From the NCBI GenBank assembly GCA_032124675.1, contig JAQBDA010000095.1, positions 594-64,593 of the forward strand: a DNA stretch of 64,000 nucleotides, in the 5' to 3' direction. Numbering within the stretch: position 1 is the first letter of the stretch; each line of letters begins with the position of its first letter. Below, one piece after another: positions 38,682 through 47,693 of this stretch. The notes under the pieces are model-generated. The model saw only the letters and a list, made by a program, of their open reading frames with translations, was not told the DNA's origin and made no database searches. Source of the stretch: Chloroflexota bacterium (GTDB lineage Bacteria; Chloroflexota; Anaerolineae; Anaerolineales; UBA4823). The translations under genes and the position numbers were made by a program.

Positions 38682-39872
38682 ATGCACTATGACTTCGACC
38701 GCCGCATCGACCTGCGCAGCACGGATTGCGCCCGCTGGCGCACCTATGATGAAGACGTGATCCCCCTATGGGTGGCGGATATGGATTTCGCCTCACCGCA
38801 GCCGGTGATCCGGGCTCTGCAGGAGCGGGTGGCGTGCGGCGTGTTTGGTTATCCGGAGGGGGTGAGCGGTAAGCCGACCGATAATTTAGAGCTGCGCCAG
38901 GTCATCGTCGAACGGCTGGAGAGTCTGTATCGCTGGCAGGTGAGTCCTGAGGAGATCGTATTCATGCCAGGCGTGGTCACCGGGTTCAACCTGGCCTGCC
39001 AGGCGGTGGCGGAGCCAGGCGGAGCAGTGCTGGTCCAGCCGCCGGTCTACCACCCTTTCCTGGAAGCCCCGCACAACGCCGGGCTGGAGCGCCAGGATGC
39101 GCAGTTGACCCGCCTGCCGGATGGCTCCTACGAGATTGATTTCGATGTCTTCTCATCCAAGCTCACCGGTCAGACTCGCATGTTCCTCCTGTGCAGCCCG
39201 CACAACCCGGTGGGCAGGGTTTTTCGCGGTGATGAACTCCTGCGGCTGGCTGAGATCTGCCTGCAGCGCGGCGTGCTGATCTGCTCCGACGAGATCCACT
39301 GCGATCTGGCTTACAGCGGTTATCAGCACATCCCGATTGCATCGCTTGACCCGGAGATTGCCCGCAATACCATCACCCTAATGGCGCCCAGCAAGACGTT
39401 CAACATTCCCGGCTTGCAGTTTTCCTTTGCCGTCATCCAGAACCCCGAGCTGCGCGAGGTATATCAAAAATCCAGCCGCGGTCTGGCGGGCTGGATCAAT
39501 ACCCTGGGCTGGGTAGCAGCCCAGGCTGCCTATCAGGAAGGGCAGGAGTGGCTGGAGCAGGTCATGGCTTACCTGCAGGCCAACCGGGATTATTTAATTG
39601 CGTACGTGCGGGATGAGCTGCCCGGAATCAGCATGGCAAGTCCGCAGGGCACCTACCTGGCCTGGCTCGACTGCCGCAGTTCGCGCGCCGGTGAAATGAT
39701 GGGAGGTAAACAGGACCCTTCTGCATTCTTCCTGCAAAACGCCCGCGTGGCGTTGAGCGATGGGGCGATGTTTGGCGCCGGGGGCGAGGGCTTTGTGCGC
39801 CTCAACTTCGGCTGCCCGAGATCTAGATTGGCGGAAGCCCTGGAGCGTATGAAAGCAGCCCTGGAGCCCTAA
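38682..39872 (+). CDS. PLP-dependent C-S lyase/aminotransferase, PatB/MalY-like
   Basis: Class I/II aminotransferase fold. SKTFN PLP-lysine motif. N-terminal DRR..S.KW motif. Confidence 0.8.
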   Translation: MHYDFDRRIDLRSTDCARWRTYDEDVIPLWVADMDFASPQPVIRALQERVACGVFGYPEGVSGKPTDNLELRQVIVERLESLYRWQVSPEEIVFMPGVVTGFNLACQAVAEPGGAVLVQPPVYHPFLEAPHNAGLERQDAQLTRLPDGSYEIDFDVFSSKLTGQTRMFLLCSPHNPVGRVFRGDELLRLAEICLQRGVLICSDEIHCDLAYSGYQHIPIASLDPEIARNTITLMAPSKTFNIPGLQFSFAVIQNPELREVYQKSSRGLAGWINTLGWVAAQAAYQEGQEWLEQVMAYLQANRDYLIAYVRDELPGISMASPQGTYLAWLDCRSSRAGEMMGGKQDPSAFFLQNARVALSDGAMFGAGGEGFVRLNFGCPRSRLAEALERMKAALEP

Positions 39873-39924
39873 TCCCTGATCCCCTTGTTCCTAATTCCTA
39901 ATCCCTTTGTTCCCTTATCCCCTA

Positions 39925-41151
39925 TTACTCATACCTCAACGCCTCTACCGGCTCCAGGCTGGCGGCGCGGTTGGCCGGATACAACCCGAAGAACAGACCC
40001 ACCGCGGTGGAGAACAGCGTCGCCATCAGGACCGTGTCGAGGCCGATGGCAGGATTGATCTCGGCGTTGTTGGCAGCCGCGATCTGCCCCACCGCAAACG
40101 AGATTGCCCAGCCTAGGGCGATGCCGATCAGTCCCCCGATCATGCTGAGCACCGACGATTCGGTCAGGAACTGGATCAGGATGTCCATGCGCCGCGCCCC
40201 GAGTGCCTTTCGCAGCCCGATCTCGCGCGTTCGCTCGGTCACCGAAACCAGCATGATGTTCATGATGCCGATCCCGCCCACCAGCAGCGATATAGCTGCG
40301 ATGCCGCCCAGGAAGATGGTCAGCACCCCGGTGATCGTGCGTGCCGTATCCAGGAAATCCTGCTGGGTGAGGATGGTGAAGTCATCCGCGCCGACCGCCG
40401 TGCGATGTCGCGTGCGCAGGATCTGAGCGATCTCTTCGGCAGCCTGTGGGACGGTCTGTGCCCCGGCAGCCTGCACCAGCAGCATATCGACCCGGTCGCG
40501 CGAGGCACGCCGCAGCAGGCGTGATTGGGCAGTGGACAGAGGGACAATAATCTGATCGTCCTCGTTGGAAAAGCCCGAGCCGCCCTTCGATTCGAGCACT
40601 CCGATGACGCGGAAAGGCTGGCCTTCGATGCGCACTGTCTCGCCCACCAGTCCCTGCGTGCGCCCGAACAGACTCTCGGCGACATCCGGACCGAGCAGCA
40701 CCACAGATGCCTGTCCCAGGATATGCTCCTCCCGGATGAAATCCCCTTCGGCGACATTGACATTGCGCACCGGGCCGTAATCGGGGGTCACGCCCGATAT
40801 CTGGGTGACCTTGGTCTCGCCGCCGTAGGTCAGCGTGCCGCTGCCCTGCAGCACCGGAGCCACCGCGGCCACAGACGGAGCCGAGAACGGGTCGGAGATC
40901 GCATCTGCATCTCCCAGGGTAATCGGTTTGGGGTTGCGCACGTCCTCCGACCCACCGCGGAAAACGAACAGCAGGTTGGTGCCGATGCCTTGGATAGAGC
41001 CGGTGATGGTGTTCTCTGCACCGCGGCCGATCGAGATCATGGCAATCACGGCTGCCACGCCGATCACGATCCCCAATATGGTCAGCCCGGAGCGCATTTT
41101 ATTGGTGGACAGGCTCTCGAGTGCTTCGATGAATGACTGCCAGAACTTCAT
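39925..41151 (-). CDS. ABC transporter permease, MacB/FtsX type
   Basis: N-terminal TM helix, large periplasmic domain, and C-terminal FtsX 3-TM module. Confidence 0.88.
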   Translation of the reverse strand: MKFWQSFIEALESLSTNKMRSGLTILGIVIGVAAVIAMISIGRGAENTITGSIQGIGTNLLFVFRGGSEDVRNPKPITLGDADAISDPFSAPSVAAVAPVLQGSGTLTYGGETKVTQISGVTPDYGPVRNVNVAEGDFIREEHILGQASVVLLGPDVAESLFGRTQGLVGETVRIEGQPFRVIGVLESKGGSGFSNEDDQIIVPLSTAQSRLLRRASRDRVDMLLVQAAGAQTVPQAAEEIAQILRTRHRTAVGADDFTILTQQDFLDTARTITGVLTIFLGGIAAISLLVGGIGIMNIMLVSVTERTREIGLRKALGARRMDILIQFLTESSVLSMIGGLIGIALGWAISFAVGQIAAANNAEINPAIGLDTVLMATLFSTAVGLFFGLYPANRAASLEPVEALRYE

Positions 41152-41838
41152 TTAAGCCTCCATTACCACACCATCGCGGATGTGAATGGTGCGCTGCAGT
41201 TGGGCCGCTATCTCCGGATCGTGTGTGACGACGATCAGGGTGGTGCCGTGCTCCCGGTTCAAGGAGAGCAGCAGATTCATGATCTCTTCACCGGATTTCG
41301 AGTCCAGGTTGCCGGTTGGCTCGTCAGCCAGGATGATGGATGGTTCGTTGACCAGGGCGCGGGCGATGGCGACACGCTGCTGCTGACCTCCGGACAGCTC
41401 ATTAGGCCGGTGTTTGATGCGGTCGCCCAGACCGACCTGTTCGAGCGCGGTTTGAGCCTTTTCCTTGCGCTTGCCTGTATTGCCGGAGTACCTGAGCGGC
41501 AGCTCCACATTCGACAGGGCGCTGGCACGCGGCAGCAGGTTGAAAGTTTGGAAGACGAACCCGACCTTGCGGTTGCGAATCTCCGCCAGCTGGTCATCCT
41601 TTAAATCTGCTACCGGCTCCCCGTCGAGGTAATATTCACCAGAGGTGGGCCGGTCCAGGCAGCCGATCATGTTCATCAGGGTGGATTTCCCGGACCCCGA
41701 GGGTCCCATGATGGCGACCGCCTCGCCGCGCGTGACCCGCATCGAAAGGCCGCGCAAGGCATGCACCTCGACTTTGCCCATCTTGTAGACCTTGGTCAGG
41801 TCCCTGGTCTCAATAACGCAGTCATCACATTCTTGCAT
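41152..41838 (-). CDS. ABC transporter ATP-binding protein (MacB/LolD-like)
   Basis: [17 protein letters not shown] and ILADEPT. ATG 41838 follows GGAG. The track start at 41850 is a TTG. Confidence 0.92.
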   Translation of the reverse strand: MQECDDCVIETRDLTKVYKMGKVEVHALRGLSMRVTRGEAVAIMGPSGSGKSTLMNMIGCLDRPTSGEYYLDGEPVADLKDDQLAEIRNRKVGFVFQTFNLLPRASALSNVELPLRYSGNTGKRKEKAQTALEQVGLGDRIKHRPNELSGGQQQRVAIARALVNEPSIILADEPTGNLDSKSGEEIMNLLLSLNREHGTTLIVVTHDPEIAAQLQRTIHIRDGVVMEA

Positions 41839-41859
41839 TGTTATCTCCAACTGCCGCGC

Positions 41860-43416
41860 CTACTGACCCTGGACGAACGGCGGTGGGCCATTCTGGTCGA
41901 AGATCAGCGGTGGATTTAATACGATCTGATCGCCTTCATCCAGCTCACCTTCCAGGACCTGGCTCATGTCCTCAGAAGAAGCGCCCAGGCGGATTTCAAC
42001 CGGCTCCAGCTTCCCATCGCGCAGCACGTACACAACCCGTTCGCCCTCCCTGGTGCGTACGGCGCGGTTGGGCACCAGCAGCACGTTCTCGAGCTGGTCG
42101 ATCACCATGTTCACTGCAGCGGTCATGCCGGGGCGGACATCTTCATCTGCATCGCTGATCTCGACCGTTACCGTGAAATCGACCGTGCCCTGCGCGGTTG
42201 TGCCGACCGGAGAGACCTCGCTGACCACGCCGCTGTATTCCTTATTCAATATAGCGTCGAAAATCAGGCTGACCGGCTGGCCGACCTGGATGCGGTTGAT
42301 ATCCACCTCCGATACCTGCACGTCTACCAGCAGCCTGGAAAGGTCATCCAGCCGGAAGGCGACCGTGCCCGGGCCGACCTGGTCGCCCGGCTTGCTGTTC
42401 ACGTTGGTGACCGTCCCGTCGAAGGGGGCTACGATGCGTGCCAGGTTCAGGGTGGCCTGGGCCGCGGCTAACCGGGCTTCAGCCACCGCGACATCCGCCG
42501 GGTCGGGCCCGTCTTTGACTCGCTCGAACTCGCGCTGCGCGTCAGCGAGCTGGGCTTCCAACAGGGCGACGTCGGCCGGGTTAGTGCCGTCCTTGACGCG
42601 TTCCCACTCGCGCTGGGCCTCCAGCAGCTGTGCCTGAGCCGTAGCCAGGTTTGCTTCCTGAAGGGCGATGTCGCTGTCGGCAGCAATGCCTTCCATGCTG
42701 TTCAACTGCCGCACCGCGAAGTCATATTGCTGCTGGACTTCTGCCAGCTGGCTGAGCAGCCTGGCTCGAACCAGGTTATCCTCCGGTTTGTTCTCGTATG
42801 GTTTGTATTTCTCTTCGGCTGTATCGAGGCGGTCTTTCGCCAGCGTGACCTGGGCTTTTGCTTCGTCGATATAGCTCTGGCTGGCCGGCGATTGCGCCCA
42901 GCGCAGCGCTCGATCGGCGTTTTCAACTGCTTTTTCGGCGGCTGCAATCGCTTCCTGCGCCCTGGCTTGCAGCAATTCCGGGTTCCCGGAATCTTCAAGA
43001 GCCTGTTCGGCCTGCTCAACCGCCTGCAGCGCCTGTGCCTGCTGGATTTGTGAGTTGAGCAGGTCGTTGAACGCTTTCTGGGCGTTGACCAGGTCCGCCT
43101 GGGCCAGGATGATCGTCTGCGGCAGGGATGTCTGCTCGAGTGAGGCCAGCACCTGGTTGGCTGTCACCGGGTCGCCGGATTGGACATTGACCTCTCCCAC
43201 GGTGCCGGATGTCTGCCATGCCAGCAATGCGGTCTGGTTGGCGCGCACCACACCGGTCGCTCCAACCGTGGCTGTCAGCTCGCCGCGCCCGGCAGGCTCG
43301 GTTTGATAGTTCGCCGCCGCGCTCGCTTGCCGCTGCTGGCGGATGTAGCTGAATCCGAAGAATGCGCCAACCCCCAGGATGACGACGATCGCGATAATAA
43401 GCCATCTTCTTCTCAT
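41860..43416 (-). CDS. HlyD-family periplasmic adaptor with long coiled coil
   Basis: N-terminal TM helix, barrel-sandwich/lipoyl motifs and an extended heptad-rich region. Confidence 0.85.
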   Translation of the reverse strand: MRRRWLIIAIVVILGVGAFFGFSYIRQQRQASAAANYQTEPAGRGELTATVGATGVVRANQTALLAWQTSGTVGEVNVQSGDPVTANQVLASLEQTSLPQTIILAQADLVNAQKAFNDLLNSQIQQAQALQAVEQAEQALEDSGNPELLQARAQEAIAAAEKAVENADRALRWAQSPASQSYIDEAKAQVTLAKDRLDTAEEKYKPYENKPEDNLVRARLLSQLAEVQQQYDFAVRQLNSMEGIAADSDIALQEANLATAQAQLLEAQREWERVKDGTNPADVALLEAQLADAQREFERVKDGPDPADVAVAEARLAAAQATLNLARIVAPFDGTVTNVNSKPGDQVGPGTVAFRLDDLSRLLVDVQVSEVDINRIQVGQPVSLIFDAILNKEYSGVVSEVSPVGTTAQGTVDFTVTVEISDADEDVRPGMTAAVNMVIDQLENVLLVPNRAVRTREGERVVYVLRDGKLEPVEIRLGASSEDMSQVLEGELDEGDQIVLNPPLIFDQNGPPPFVQGQ

Positions 43417-43548
43417 TAAATTTGCCTCCGATTTCCGTTCACATCACCTGCAGGAGATGTAATTTGTAAATATCTGCTCCCACCAGAACTCTGGATTGCA
43501 CTTTTCCAGAAGATCGAGCGGGATTATAGAAACTGGTGTGCTTCAGCT

Positions 43549-45102
43549 TTAATCGCTGCTTTGTGGGTTGAGCAGGATCTGGTCGCCCTCTTCCAGGTCA
43601 CCGCTCACAACTTCTGAATATGTGCCTGACTTCGACCCCAGGGTCAGGACAGTAGGTAGAATGTTCCCATCCCGCAGGATATATACCACTCTCTCACCAT
43701 CCAGCAGCCGTAAGGCGCTGTTGGGGACCAGCAGGACATTTTCGAGCAGTTCAATCACCACCTTGGCTGAAGCGGTCATTTCCGGGCGGATGTTCTCATC
43801 CGGGTTGCTGACCTCGATGACAATATTGAAATTGGCCATATCCTGAATCACTTCGCCCACTCGTGGTACTTCCACAATCTTGCCGGAGTATTCCTGCCCC
43901 GGAATGGCGTCGAAAGTCAGGATTGCTGCCTGCCCGACCTTGAGATTGCTGATATCAATTTCCGACACGCTGGCATCGACAAGCAGTCGAGATAGATCGT
44001 CAAGGCGAAAAGCCTGATCACCTTCGCCCACCTGATCCCCAGGTCTGGCATATGCGCTGGTAATGGTACCGCTGAATGTGGCTTCGATTTGCACCATGTC
44101 GAGGGCGGCCTGGGCGGCAGTGATGTGCGCCTGGGCGACTGCAATCTCCCCACTGTCCGGCCCGTCCATCCAGCGCTTCCATTCGCGTTGAGTATCTGCC
44201 AGCCTGGCTTCCAGCACTGCCAGATCTGCGGGGCTGGTACCAGCCTGATCTCGCTCCCAGTCGAGCTGCGCCTGTGCCAGCTGGGCCGTCGCGCGGATCA
44301 GCTCAGCTTCCGCGACTGCCACGTCGCTCGGCTTGGGCGGCTCGACCAGCCGGTTGTAGCGGGAGAGTGAATCCTCGTAGGCTCGGCGGTCCTGCAGCTC
44401 TTTCAGTTCCATGCTTTCCAGGATCCGCTTATAGAGCTCCCGGCTTTCGAAGAACATCAATTTGTCTTCGGGTTTGGTCGCCCGGCGGCGCACGCGATCG
44501 AGCTGCTTGAGGGTGTCGTTTAGCCTTTTCTCCGCCAGGAGCAGGTTGGCATTGGCCTGGTCGATGGCGGCCTGGGAGGGCGGTCTGGTGAGGATTTTGT
44601 AATTGCGCTCGGCGGTGTCATGAGCTTTCTGCGCCTCTGCCAGCGCAGTCTGGGCGCGGGATATAGTCAGTGCCGGGTCGCGGGCATCTTCCAGCGCTTG
44701 CCTGGCCTGCTCTACCGCCTGCCGGGTCTGGGCGCTTCTCACCGGGGAGCTTTGCAGGTTCTCTAGATCGCGCTGGGCGTTGACCAGGTCAGCCTGTGCC
44801 AGGATGATTGACGGCGGCAGGCTGGACTGTTCCAGGTTCGCCAGTAATTCACCGGATTCGACTGTATCACCCAGGCCAACATACACGTCTTCTACTGTGC
44901 CGTTCGTCCTCCAGCGCAGCAGGGCATGCTGGTTGGAGCGCACCAAGCCGGAGGCCTCCACCACGATCATCAAATCGCCGCGCTGTATGGGTTCGGTCTC
45001 GACACTGGCACTGGCGCTGCGCCGCTCCAGGATAGCGTCCACCGCGAACCAGCCCAGCAGCAGGGCAGCTGCGGCGATGGCCGCAATCACGATCTTTTTC
45101 AT
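43549..45102 (-). CDS. HlyD-family periplasmic adaptor (paralog of 41860-43416)
   Basis: Colinear similarity to the downstream adaptor, for example ILAQADLVNAQ and VLLVPN.A.R..DGERVVY.LRDG. Confidence 0.85.
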   Translation of the reverse strand: MKKIVIAAIAAAALLLGWFAVDAILERRSASASVETEPIQRGDLMIVVEASGLVRSNQHALLRWRTNGTVEDVYVGLGDTVESGELLANLEQSSLPPSIILAQADLVNAQRDLENLQSSPVRSAQTRQAVEQARQALEDARDPALTISRAQTALAEAQKAHDTAERNYKILTRPPSQAAIDQANANLLLAEKRLNDTLKQLDRVRRRATKPEDKLMFFESRELYKRILESMELKELQDRRAYEDSLSRYNRLVEPPKPSDVAVAEAELIRATAQLAQAQLDWERDQAGTSPADLAVLEARLADTQREWKRWMDGPDSGEIAVAQAHITAAQAALDMVQIEATFSGTITSAYARPGDQVGEGDQAFRLDDLSRLLVDASVSEIDISNLKVGQAAILTFDAIPGQEYSGKIVEVPRVGEVIQDMANFNIVIEVSNPDENIRPEMTASAKVVIELLENVLLVPNSALRLLDGERVVYILRDGNILPTVLTLGSKSGTYSEVVSGDLEEGDQILLNPQSSD

Positions 45103-45219
45103 TAAGTGCCTTCAATCCTTTATTTGTCCCATACCAATCCTCAATTCTAACCCAGTTGTATAAGAAGGATATTAACGTTACATTTGTCACAAACCAGTTT
45201 TCCCGCACCGGGCGCACTA

Positions 45220-45235
45220 TGTGACAACTATCACA
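45220..45235. promoter_or_regulatory. perfect CRP/FNR-type palindrome
   Basis: TGTGA-CAACTA-TCACA. Flanking half-site-like TTGTCACAA (45184-45192) and TTGTGACAT (45241-45249). Confidence 0.5.
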
Positions 45236-45374
45236 AAAAGTTGTGACATCTGGGACTGAATATAAACTGGGCTTGTTATTAACATGTTAAGCAGCGAAAG
45301 AATCGCAAACTGTCATCCGAACAAAAGTAGGGTTAACAAAATATCGACGGTTTGCCATAGAAAGAGAGGAATAT

Positions 45375-46820
45375 ATGCAAGCGATCCCCAGTGAATTTTT
45401 AGCCATCGACCGTAAAGCGAGAGCCAAAATCCCCCTGACGGAAGTTGACCACAGAAATCCGCTCGACCGGATTTGTGATTTCGAGGATGTCGTCATTCCT
45501 TTGAGTGAAGAAGAAGCCATGCAGGCGGCTGCACGCTGCATCCACTGCCCCGATCCGGCACCCTGCGTGGAGGCATGCCCGGTCCATAATGACATCCCCT
45601 CGGCGATGTGGTTGATCGAACAGGGGCAGTTCCTGGAGGCAGCCAAACTGTACCGCCAGACCAGCTCCATGCCGGAGGTCTGTGGGCGAGTCTGCCCACA
45701 CGAGCAGCTCTGCCAGGGCTCGTGCGTGCGCAACCACAGTCATGAACCGGTGCTGACGGGCGCCTTAGAGGCCTTCGTTACCGATTACGCCCGCTGCCAA
45801 GAAGGTGTCTGCATCCCTGTCGGCGAGCCGACGGGCAAGCGGGTGGCAATTGTTGGCGCTGGCCCTTCTGGGCTTGCCTGCGCCGAACAGCTGCTGCAGG
45901 GCGGTCACCAGGTGACCATTTACGATGCCAAGCCGGCTCCTGGTGGTCTGCTGGTTTACGGCATCCCCAATTTCAAGCTCCCCAAAGAAGTGGTCTTCGC
46001 CCGCTGGAACGACCTGGCACAGGCGGGTGTGGAATTCGTCCCCAACACCTATGTCGGCAAAGATGTCACCATCGAAGCTTTATTCGACCAGGGGTATGAG
46101 GCGGTTTATATCGGGGTGGGTACTTTGATTGATGCTCCGATGGAAGTCCCCGGGGAGGACCTGCCGGGCGTGTATAAAGCCACCGAATTCTTGACCCGGG
46201 CAAATGTTGACACCAGTATCCTGCCGGAGGATATGCGCCTGCGCCCCGAGATCGGCGGCAAGGTGGCGGTTATCGGCGGCGGCGACACCGCCTCGGACTG
46301 CCTGCGCACCGCGCTGCGCATGGGAGCCGAAGAGGTGGTCTGCCTGTATCGCCGGACGGAGAAAGAGATGCCTGGCGGCAAAAAAGACCGCGCGCTGGCG
46401 CGTGAGGAAGGGGCTAAATACCAGTTCCTCACCCAGCCCGTGAAATTTATCGCCGGAGAGGATGGTCGTCTGGCAGAGATTGAGTGTATTCAGATGGAAC
46501 TGGGCGAGCCGGATGCCAAAGGGCGCCGCCGACCGGTGCCTATTGAGGATACGAATTTTATCGTCAAGGCTGATACGGCTATTCTGGCGCTGGGCTATTG
46601 GCCTGACCCGATTATCGGTGATACCACGCCCGGGCTCGAGACCCATAAATGGGGCCTGATCGTGACCGATCGTAAGACTGGGGCGACCTCCCGACCGGGT
46701 GTATACGCGGGCGGCGATGTAGTTACCGGACCCGACCTGGTGGTGACAGCCGTGGCATCCGGGCGTAGAGCTGCCGCCTCGATAGATGCTTATTTGCAAG
46801 AGGCTTTGCTGACCGGCTAG
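45375..46820 (+). CDS. glutamate synthase small-subunit-like FAD/NAD(P)H oxidoreductase with N-terminal Fe-S cysteine clusters
   Basis: Cys clusters CIHC..C..AC and CGRVC..C.GSC. VAIVGAGPSG and GGGDTA dinucleotide motifs. No large subunit is adjacent. Confidence 0.85.
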   Translation: MQAIPSEFLAIDRKARAKIPLTEVDHRNPLDRICDFEDVVIPLSEEEAMQAAARCIHCPDPAPCVEACPVHNDIPSAMWLIEQGQFLEAAKLYRQTSSMPEVCGRVCPHEQLCQGSCVRNHSHEPVLTGALEAFVTDYARCQEGVCIPVGEPTGKRVAIVGAGPSGLACAEQLLQGGHQVTIYDAKPAPGGLLVYGIPNFKLPKEVVFARWNDLAQAGVEFVPNTYVGKDVTIEALFDQGYEAVYIGVGTLIDAPMEVPGEDLPGVYKATEFLTRANVDTSILPEDMRLRPEIGGKVAVIGGGDTASDCLRTALRMGAEEVVCLYRRTEKEMPGGKKDRALAREEGAKYQFLTQPVKFIAGEDGRLAEIECIQMELGEPDAKGRRRPVPIEDTNFIVKADTAILALGYWPDPIIGDTTPGLETHKWGLIVTDRKTGATSRPGVYAGGDVVTGPDLVVTAVASGRRAAASIDAYLQEALLTG

Positions 46821-46898
46821 CTGGTCGCTGACTCTTGTAACTCCTTCCTCCTTTCGCTGCCGTGAGCGATCCTGTTATACAGGGTCGCTCACTGGCTG

Positions 46899-47327
46899 TT
46901 AACTGGTCTGCAGGCTCACTACCTGGATGGAATCGAGCACCACCGGGGTTTCTACTCGCAGGCTGTTCTGGATCTCGGCCATATGGTCTGTCACCCTCAT
47001 CAGCGTGCGAATCTCATCATCGCTGGCTGCGGCCACCACCCTGGCACGGTAGACAACGTTGCGTGCCGGTACGCCTTCGTCCCCGAACTCGCCTTCGACA
47101 TCGACTTCGACACTCTCGATTGTGATACCGCGTTTTGCGGCCTCCCGGTAGATATCATTGCAGTAGCAGGTCGCTATCGCCAGGAACAGCAGCTCCCCCC
47201 CGCTCACACTGGAGCCAAATCCACTTTCCCTGGTTGGGATGTCGACTCCTTGGACACGGTCGTCTGTTCTCAAAATCACATGCTGGTTGCCCTGACTGTT
47301 CTGTAACCTCGCTCCAATTTTGATCAT
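46899..47327 (-). CDS. OsmC/Ohr family peroxiredoxin-like protein
   Basis: About 140 aa with OsmC-like paired Cys context (ATCYCND). Confidence 0.75.
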   Translation of the reverse strand: MIKIGARLQNSQGNQHVILRTDDRVQGVDIPTRESGFGSSVSGGELLFLAIATCYCNDIYREAAKRGITIESVEVDVEGEFGDEGVPARNVVYRARVVAAASDDEIRTLMRVTDHMAEIQNSLRVETPVVLDSIQVVSLQTS

Positions 47328-47369
47328 CTCTCACCTCGAAGATAGAACTCATCTCAAAAATGGAGGTGT

Positions 47370-47407
47370 GAGGTGTTTAGCGGCGCTGCAGCGCCGCTAA
47401 ACACCTC
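47370..47407. repeat. 38-bp perfect palindrome in a divergent intergenic region
   Basis: GAGGTGTTTAGCGGCGC-TGCA-GCGCCGCTAAACACCTC. Confidence 0.9.
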
Positions 47408-47693
47408 CTTTCCTTATTCTTGAGATGGCTTCTAGTCAAACCCCGGAAAAAACCAAACTGATTTTCCCTGAACCGTATACCATCTATAGAAATTATATAT
47501 TGAAAATGTCCTGCTGAAGTTATCAATAGCTTAAGCCGCCGGAGACCGCCCAGGACACGGCTTTGAGAAAGTCATGAGAACATCTGAACCGGGAAGTCCG
47601 AGATGGCGGATAAGCGTTATAATTAATGGGTTGTGTGCCAACCGGCATAGGGTTTTATATGCTGAAGATTAATTAGAAGGATACCCGAACCCG

